The notes under the pieces: model-generated
Seen by the model: only the letters and a program-made list of their open reading frames with translations
Told to the model about the DNA's origin: nothing
Database searches by the model: none
Translations under genes and position numbers: made by a program
Assembly: GCF_006345805.1 (NCBI RefSeq)
Contig: NC_042997.1
Span: 203,670,001-203,734,000, forward strand
From: Octopus sinensis
Lineage: Eukaryota
Reading direction: 5' to 3'
Length of the DNA stretch: 64,000 nt
In this document: positions 57,159-64,000 of the stretch, one piece after another
Layout: every line of letters starts with the position of its first letter
Numbering within the stretch: the first letter of the stretch is position 1

Positions 57159-60100
57159 ATCTTCGTGTGTGTGTATTTGTCCTCTCCTCTTTCATTGTTT
57201 GGAAACCGGTGTTGTTTTGTTTACATGCCCATAACCTAGTGGTTCAGCAAAAGGGATCAATAAAATAAGTACCAGATTTTAAAAAATTAGAAAAATAAGT
57301 GCTAATGTTGATTTATTCAAGTAAACCCTTCAAGATGGTGTCACAGCATGGCTGCAATCCAATGACTGAAACAAGATATATATATATATATATATATATA
57401 TATCATCATCATCATCATCGTTTAACGTCTGCTTTCCGTGCTAGCACGGGTTATATATATTTCTTTACTACCCACAAGGGGCCAAACAAGGACAGACAAA
57501 CAGATTAAGTCGATTACATCAACCCCAGTGCGTAACTGGTACTTACTTTATCGACCCCGAAAGGATGAAAGGCAAAGTCGACCTCGGCAGAATTTGAACT
57601 CAGAACGTAACGGCAGAAGAAATACAGCTACGCATTTCGCCCGGTATGCTAACGTTTCTGCCAGCTCACCACCTATCCTATAAATAATGTGGCTTTTATA
57701 TACTTCTTTTATTTTTCAACAAAGTTCTTTTTTAATCTAAAATATACTCTCCTTCATTTTCTACAATGCTCTTCCATCTACCTGGTAGACTTGCAAGGCC
57801 TCTCTTCCAAAATTCACTTGTCTGTGAGGAAAAATACTCCTCCAGTACTGTTCTGACCTTGTCTAGAGAATTCATATTTTTTCCATCCGTATGATTTTGA
57901 AGACTGTGGAATAAATGATAATCAGATGGAGCAATGTCCATCAAATATGGTGGGTGGGGTATCATTTCCCATTCAAACTGCTCCAGTCTTTGGACTGTCA
58001 TCCTCGCTGTATGTGGCCGAGAATTATCATAAGGAAAGAACGTCTTTTGTTTTGAAACCAAAGATTGTTTGATTTGGGTTTAAAAGTTCAAAGTGGACTA
58101 AACCTTTCATACCCCACCAAACACATAACAACACTTTACGTGGGTGAAAACCTTCTTAAGCCTGGGGTGCTGCTGTTTCTCCTTTCCCTACCCACTGTCT
58201 TTGGTGCTTGACATTTTTAGAGAATCCATTTCTCATCACCAGTCACTATTTGGTCCAAAAAAGGTTCATTCATGAGACACAACAGCAAAGAAGAGCACAC
58301 ATTCACTCTCTGCATGCAATTAGACTTGGAAAGTTTGTGAGGAACCCACTGACCCAATCTGCTGACTTTTCCGATTGCATGCAGATGCCGATGAATGGTT
58401 GAATGACCAAATCCAAGCTTCTCTGCTAGTTCTTCAACAGTTATGCATAACCACTGTTGATGCTGTCTTACGCTTATTGTCCAATCCCTATATACTGCAT
58501 TAATATTCCTCGCACGTTCCGTCCATTGCATTGTTGCCTTTATTGAACTCACAAAGCAAAATATGCTCCTTTGTCACTGTTAAAATTGATTTATGGGATG
58601 GCCTAATATTGTCGTTGTTTAACGTCTACTTTCCATGCTGGTATGGGTTGGACGGTTTGACTGAGAACTGGCAAGCCAGAAGGCTGCACCAGGCTCCAAT
58701 CTGATCTGGCAGTGTTTCTACAGCTGGGTGCCCTTCCTAATGCCAACCACTCCGAGAACGTAGTGGGTGCTTTTAATGTGCCACTGGAATGAGGGCCAGT
58801 CAGGAGGCACTGGCATTGACCACACTTGGATGGTGCTTTTTATGTGCCACTGTCAATATATCATATATCCGAGAAAGAAACACACTCTAAAGCATAGGGC
58901 AGTAATGTATTTATATGTAAGTTAAGTCTATGTCTGGTCATAGAGTGACCAATGGTTTTGCATCCACAAAGGGCTTAGTCCTATGGATGTCTTGTCAGAC
59001 TCTAAAGCTGAAGGCAAATGTAACTCTTCACCTCTGGGAGGCAGGAATCTATTACAGTCATTTGGTCAGCAAGTCACTAAAGAATAAATACTCCGCTGCC
59101 CCTAAACTATTCATTCTTTGGTGACTTACTGACCAAATGCATTTCTGTCTCCCAGAAGTGAAGAGTTACATTTGCCTTCAGCTTTAGAGTCTGACAAGAC
59201 ATCCATGGGGGCTAAGCCCTTTGTTGATGCGAAACCATTGGTCAATCTATGACCAGACATAGACTTAACCCTCTTCTCTCATGCCCATCTTCCCCTTCCC
59301 CATAAGCCCACCCCACCCCTACACATTCCTACTCCACCTTCACTATCCCACTCCATCCCATACACCTTCTCCCAATACCCCAACTCTACCTACCCACAAA
59401 CCCCACCCTCTGCCTACTCACATACCCCAAACCTCAGCCTAACCCACACCCCACCCGTGCTTTCCCCACCTTCCAACATCACACCACACCACACTACACA
59501 TCACAACACACCACCACCCGCACACCAGCACTGACCAATTCCAATCCCCACATTTTCACACTTACACATACACACACACGTCAAGACCACCAGCCCTCTT
59601 TCACACGCACATACATACTCTCTTACACACATGCGCACCTTCGTTTTGGGATCACCTTTACTTTGTTATCACCCCTACTTTTTCTCCCTCCTGTGTGACC
59701 CTTCTGTCTGGCAGTTGCCATGATAGATCGTTAGCCACTACACACATTTTTTTCTCTCTCCTTGTTTCTTTCTGTGGAAGAGCATAGGCTCGAAACGTAA
59801 AAGACTTTTTCAATTCCTGAGTGTTATACTAAAACATCTGTTTGTTTTCTACACCACCTGTCTTTGTCTTTTGTTTTTTTCGTGAATTCTCCCTATATAT
59901 ATATACACACGCATGTGTCTTTGCATTTGTCCCCAACCACTGTTTGACAACTGGTATTGGTTTGTTTACATCCGTGTAATGTAGGGGTTTGGGAAAAAGA
60001 AGCCGATAGAATTAGTACTAGGCTTAGGAAAAGATCAGTTATTAGAGTGAATTTGAAGGCAGCAAGCTAGCAGACTCATTAGTAAGTTGGACAAAATGTT

Positions 60101-61727
60101 TAGCAGCATTTCATATGTTTCTTATGTTTTGCGTTCAAAATTCACTGAGGTTGTCTTTGCTTTTTATCCATCTACAAAACTAAGTGTAGTAGTAATAATA
60201 ATAATAATAAATGCCCTGATGCAGTACCTGGCACTGGCTCTCATGGCTTTTGATCTTAACTCATTGGAAGTGTTATCATGCAAATTGTTTTGTCTTGGTA
60301 TAGAAGATGGGCCACAGCAAATATTCTGCTCAATACCACAGGTTTGCTTGTCAATTGTTTGACCATAACTTGTTGAGCATGTCCCTTAGTGGCTGACGAT
60401 ATGTGTATTTCTGATCACCAGCAGAAGTAGTGGAGGAGCATCATAACCATGTGTTGAGAAGAATTCCTTGGCGTTTTGTTTATCATCCTTAAACAAACCT
60501 TATTCAGGGACCTTTTGAGCAGGATGAGCTACTCAACCTGAATAAAATTCTAACTGGGCCCCACCTGGAAGTTCACGTGCTGTTTATCTTGATATGAGAT
60601 CACCATGTCATGCACATATGGTTGTGATGAATGTGTCTGGCGCACCCTTATCAGACGGTTCGTCATGATGGGTATATTGGGCTTCGTATATTTTACCCCA
60701 GTGTCACTTTGATGGCATGCGTTGCTCTCTCACTCAATAATAATAATAATAAAATTGGAATCATCCCTAAAAGAGGAATAAAAATGCTTTTATAAATTAG
60801 AAACTTATTGTAATTTAAGATACATGAACTGTTTTTGCTGTGGAGTTGTTACATTTTATAATTATATTAAGATTTTTCACTTATTCCATTCAAACATTTT
60901 GTTTATTAACACACACAAATTTACGAGCGAAAACTTTTCTGAACGGAGTATTTGGCAGCTCAGCTCAATATTCCAAATGTACTTTTTAGGTAAGAAACGG
61001 GAAAACATTTACAAATATATTCAATTATAAATATAAACAGATCAATGACTATTGATCATCCTATGCTTATTGTATACCAGTAAAGTGATCACTTATTATT
61101 TACATTTGTTGCCCTTGTTTCGGCCTTTATTGAGCAGCATCAAAAGCATTCCAGCTGTGACAATTTTATTTTTGTATTCGCACAAGAACTCGTTGCTTGA
61201 AGTGGTTGAATAGAGACGTGGTTACACTTTCTAGCATTATAAGCCTCCCTCGTCTCGAAAGAACATTTGTTGTTGATTGTCGAAGTTTCATGAGCTAACA
61301 ACACACACACCACACATAAACCGTTTCTTCTCTATTGTAATATAACTTTGGCAATACAAATAATGTAACGAGTATTCGATAATGAAATTGTTGGTATTAG
61401 CATATGTAAATCGAGTCTTAGTATTTGTACTGTTTTATTTTCTCATAATGAATTATTCAAGATGACGCAGTACATAGAAATATGGCGGAATTTTGGAAGA
61501 CACAGGTGGAATCGTAAAGAAATAACATTTTTTTTATATGGAGTAAAGAATCGAAACAAACTTACAGAATGCGTAAAAAACTGGCTGATGTGTCTGTCGA
61601 AGTTTGTGATGTAACTGGTGAGATAAAGCCAGAATCCAGCCGATGTATAAAAGATACACTGCATGGTGATTATCTGTGCAATTATTAACACTGGATCCCA
61701 AACACTACTTCGGAATTGTCCATGCAT
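51088..61727 (-). CDS. SYS1: Protein SYS1 homolog (Golgi trafficking), 3 coding exons, 471 nt, 156 aa
   Basis: Exons of 162, 68 and 241 nt splice in frame. MHGQFRSSVWDPVLIIAQI...KQCLDYAATVH...GEFLCMRSEMKAIP matches recalled human SYS1. Confidence 0.95.
53664..53731 (-). CDS. SYS1: SYS1 coding exon 2
   Basis: ttacag|DLDFGEDSGRINAIGFAINSLC tg|gtaagt, 68 nt. Confidence 0.9.
55560..56100 (-). mobile_element. RTE 3'-UTR-derived element with an internal ~60-bp tandem array
   Basis: Tail catcatcatcatcgtttaacgtccgctttccatgctagc plus repeated gccac..gcac...tggcaacgatcacgctcg.atggtgc units. Confidence 0.75.
57458..57673 (-). mobile_element. Nin/Deu-domain-like SINE, near full length
   Basis: Minus strand reads gagctggcagaaacgttagc...gagttcaaattc...gtcgactttgcctttcatcctttcggggtcgataaa..agtaccag. 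Related copies lie near 27300-27460, 28120-28340, 45630-46030 and 52170-52340. Confidence 0.65.
57675..58608 (-). mobile_element. Mariner transposon remnant (DD34D-type) in SYS1 intron 1
   Basis: Translates WVPHKL...IVTGDEKWI, then DNSRPH...HPPYLMDIAPSDYHLF. TIR-like ends are tattaggccatcccataa (58592-58608) and a truncated atcctataaataat (57675). Confidence 0.85.
58921..59269. repeat. 349-bp imperfect fold-back with a 17-nt loop
   Basis: 58921-59090 is reverse-complementary to 59108-59269, with about a dozen substitutions and two indels. Confidence 0.9.
59270..59894 (+). mobile_element. Penelope-like 3' or terminal-repeat segment with a C-rich tract and a hammerhead-like motif
   Basis: Ends in the same block as 24760-24915 and contains TCTTT-CTGTGGA-A-GAGC-ATAG-GCTC-GAAAC-GTA-AAAGA. 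Confidence 0.55.
60212..60750 (+). repeat. Unclassified ~550-bp interspersed repeat, copy 2
   Basis: Colinear with 26676-27225, with (AAT)n at both ends. Confidence 0.75.
61566..61727 (-). CDS. SYS1: SYS1 coding exon 1
   Basis: ATG at 61727, 54 codons MHGQFRSSVW...QFFTHS|gtaagt. Confidence 0.93.
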
Positions 61728-62099
61728 GTTGGTCAACTGACGACGGAGCAAAGCAAGCATCCCACTCGGACGATCAACTTTTTATCGTTGAACAATTCAG
61801 ACAGGAATCGCTTAATTTCAACTTCAACGTGGATTTAAATAAATTATTATATAAATACGACAACTTTGTTTTTTTCTCTCCACCAAATGAATCAGTTGTA
61901 ATTATTTGCTGGGAATAAATATTTTTGACAAGTGTGAGTCCAAACTGAAATTCGGTCAAGACTGGAGACCGATCCTCCGTGGAGTAACATCATTCTGGAC
62001 AAACCATTGTCTAAAAAGTATACTGAGAATAAATACTATTAACAACAGTTGGCATTATTAAATTAGTTGTAGAGTCTATAGTTTACTTCTTGGGTAAAT

Positions 62100-62200
62100 C
62101 CGTGAAAATACGCAGAAAAACACGACCGAGTCTCGATGGTGAATCACTGTTTATGACACAACTGCCGGAAGTCAGCTCAGCTTGACACGTGAACTTGATC
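62100..62200. promoter_or_regulatory. Putative SYS1 promoter
   Basis: CpG-enriched patch with ETS CCGGAAGT (62165-72) and E-box CACGTG (62186-91), about 440 nt upstream of the ATG. Confidence 0.5.
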
Positions 62201-62517
62201 CGCAGCCCAAAGATTCGTATTATTTGTCATCTCTTCCATAATTAGAAATAATAATAGAATTTCATGTAATAAATTATATTAAATTTAAAATTAAAAAGAG
62301 TGTATTTTTTTTTACTCTGATTTATTAAAAAAAAAAACCCCAAAAAAACAGAACGAACTGTTACAATTTTAAATAGTATTAAAGTTGTAGCAATAACATT
62401 TCATAAGTTAGTTTATGAGTAGGAATATGTTTATGTAAGAGTTATTTCCCCTCGTAATTTCCACTTTGACATGAGTCATTTCAGATTTTGCCTTTTTTTC
62501 CTTCTCTATATAAATAC

Positions 62518-62553
<36 letters not shown>

Positions 62554-62564
62554 ATGTATATACA

Positions 62565-62945
62565 TTCTTTTATTTTTCTGTTTCAGTCATTTGACTGCGG
62601 CCGTGCTGGAGCACCGCCTTTAGTCGAGCAGATCGACCCCAGGACTTATTCTTTGTAAGCCCTGTACTTATTCTATCGGTCTCTCTTGCCGAACCGCTAT
62701 GTTACGGGGATGTAACCTCACCAGCATCGGTTGTCAAGCGATGTCGGGGAAAACAAACACAGACACTCAAACACATACAGACATACGACGGGTTTCTTTC
62801 AGTTTCCGTCTACCAAATCCACTCACAAGGCTTTAGTCGGCACGAGGATATAGTAGTTGACACTTGTCCAAGATGCCTCGCAGTGGGACTGAACCGGGAA
62901 CCATGTGGTTGGTAAGCAAGCTACTTACCACACAGCCACTCCTGC
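62565..62945 (-). mobile_element. Full-length tRNA-derived CORE-like SINE
   Basis: A-box-like TGGCTGTGTGG, B-box-like GGTTCAGTCC, a ggca.cttgg.caagtgtc core and an A-rich 3' end. Confidence 0.8.
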
Positions 62946-64000
62946 ACCTATTATGGATATTATGGATCTTGTTAAATTTCTTCAAACTGCTTGAAGTATT
63001 TCAAATTTTCACCAGAATGCGTTAAACAAATATAGTTTGATGTGGTTTTGACTGCTGATAGCGAAATTCGCATTGATTTTGGTAAATTTTGGGAAGTACA
63101 CCCACACGAGTTTCACTAAAGAAAAAAAAACTTCGGATTGTTTGCGCGGGATCAAGTACCCCGACCTCCTAATGTGCCGCAAATTCCTTATTTTTGTTCG
63201 AAAAAAGGGGGTGGGTGGGAAACCGGACCCTCTCCATCCCGTAATTATTGGAAATTTTTCTGTTTGTTTCGTTGAATGAATTACGGCGACCTCGTAATGT
63301 GCTACAAAAAACATTTTTTTGTCCGGAAAATGGGGTGGGCGGGTGGGTGGGAGAGAGGGTGTGTGTGGAACCCTCAGAAATTTCACCCCTCCCCATTTTC
63401 AAATTTATTTTGCTATTTCTTTCTTTTCCAATATTTTTAGATAAACATTTTGCAGAAATACGTTTTCGAGAGTGTGGATTACATTAGATTGGAAATTCAA
63501 ACAGAGTTTGGTAAGAATAAGAGAAAATGCTGAAGTTATAAAAAGTTAGTGGTAACGAAGTCTGGGCAGGGGGGGGGGATAAAGAACGCTAGTGTTTGTG
63601 TGTGCGAAACAAACAAAAGTATAATATTAAAACAAAATATCTTTTTCATGCCTCTTAAAATCCCAGATTGTAGAACAGATTTGAAAAAGAAATCTACTTT
63701 CCCATCGCAATTTTGGGCGCCGAAACTCTAACCGAGTTAGAAATGCGTTTCATTTTTGTGTGTGGAGAGAGAAGAGAAGAGAAGAGAGAGAGAGAGAGAG
63801 AGGGTAAAGACGTGTGTTGTCATGTATGTATTTTTTTGCATGTATGTGTAAGTGGCACTCTCTGTTTCTCTCTCTCTCTCTCTCTCTCTCATATACATCT
63901 TTCATGTAATACACGAAGTTTACCTAAATTTTTAATGGTATAGCAATATATATCATATATATCATCATCATCATCACCGTTTAATGTCTGCTTTCCATGC

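Noticed and set aside
62880-62945. tRNA-like A/B boxes
   Set aside because: These are SINE heads. No complete cloverleaf or tRNA gene is supported anywhere in the window.

Overview
AT-rich, microsatellite-dense animal genomic DNA. The SINE/LINE complement suggests an octopus or related coleoid cephalopod (inference). I could reconstruct two complete spliced genes by hand. CEP76 is on the + strand with 12 coding exons (18877-39870, 638 aa). SYS1 is on the - strand with 3 coding exons (61727-51088, 156 aa). The two genes converge across an ~11 kb interval that contains several long inverted repeats. Left of the CEP76 promoter are two orphan exons from the middle of PDS5 (one frameshifted) and one unassigned candidate exon. 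That region also holds a structurally complete but frameshifted CsRn1/Boudicca-type Ty3/Gypsy LTR retrotransposon (2298-7553, tRNA-Trp PBS, CHCC gag), several RTE-clade LINEs with a PHD-like finger inside the RT region, and a decayed CR1-like LINE. Elsewhere are mariner and maT/Tc1 remnants, piggyBac-like MITEs, a Helitron-like element, several SINE families, and Penelope-like terminal repeats carrying a hammerhead-ribozyme-like motif. The most unusual signals are four fold-back palindromes (one with 382-bp perfect inner arms nested in diverged outer arms), the non-canonical hammerhead-like motif, the orphan PDS5 exon bracketed by near-identical inverted RTEs, and loss of the putative catalytic Cys in CEP76. 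Gene and family names come from recalled homology, not database searches.
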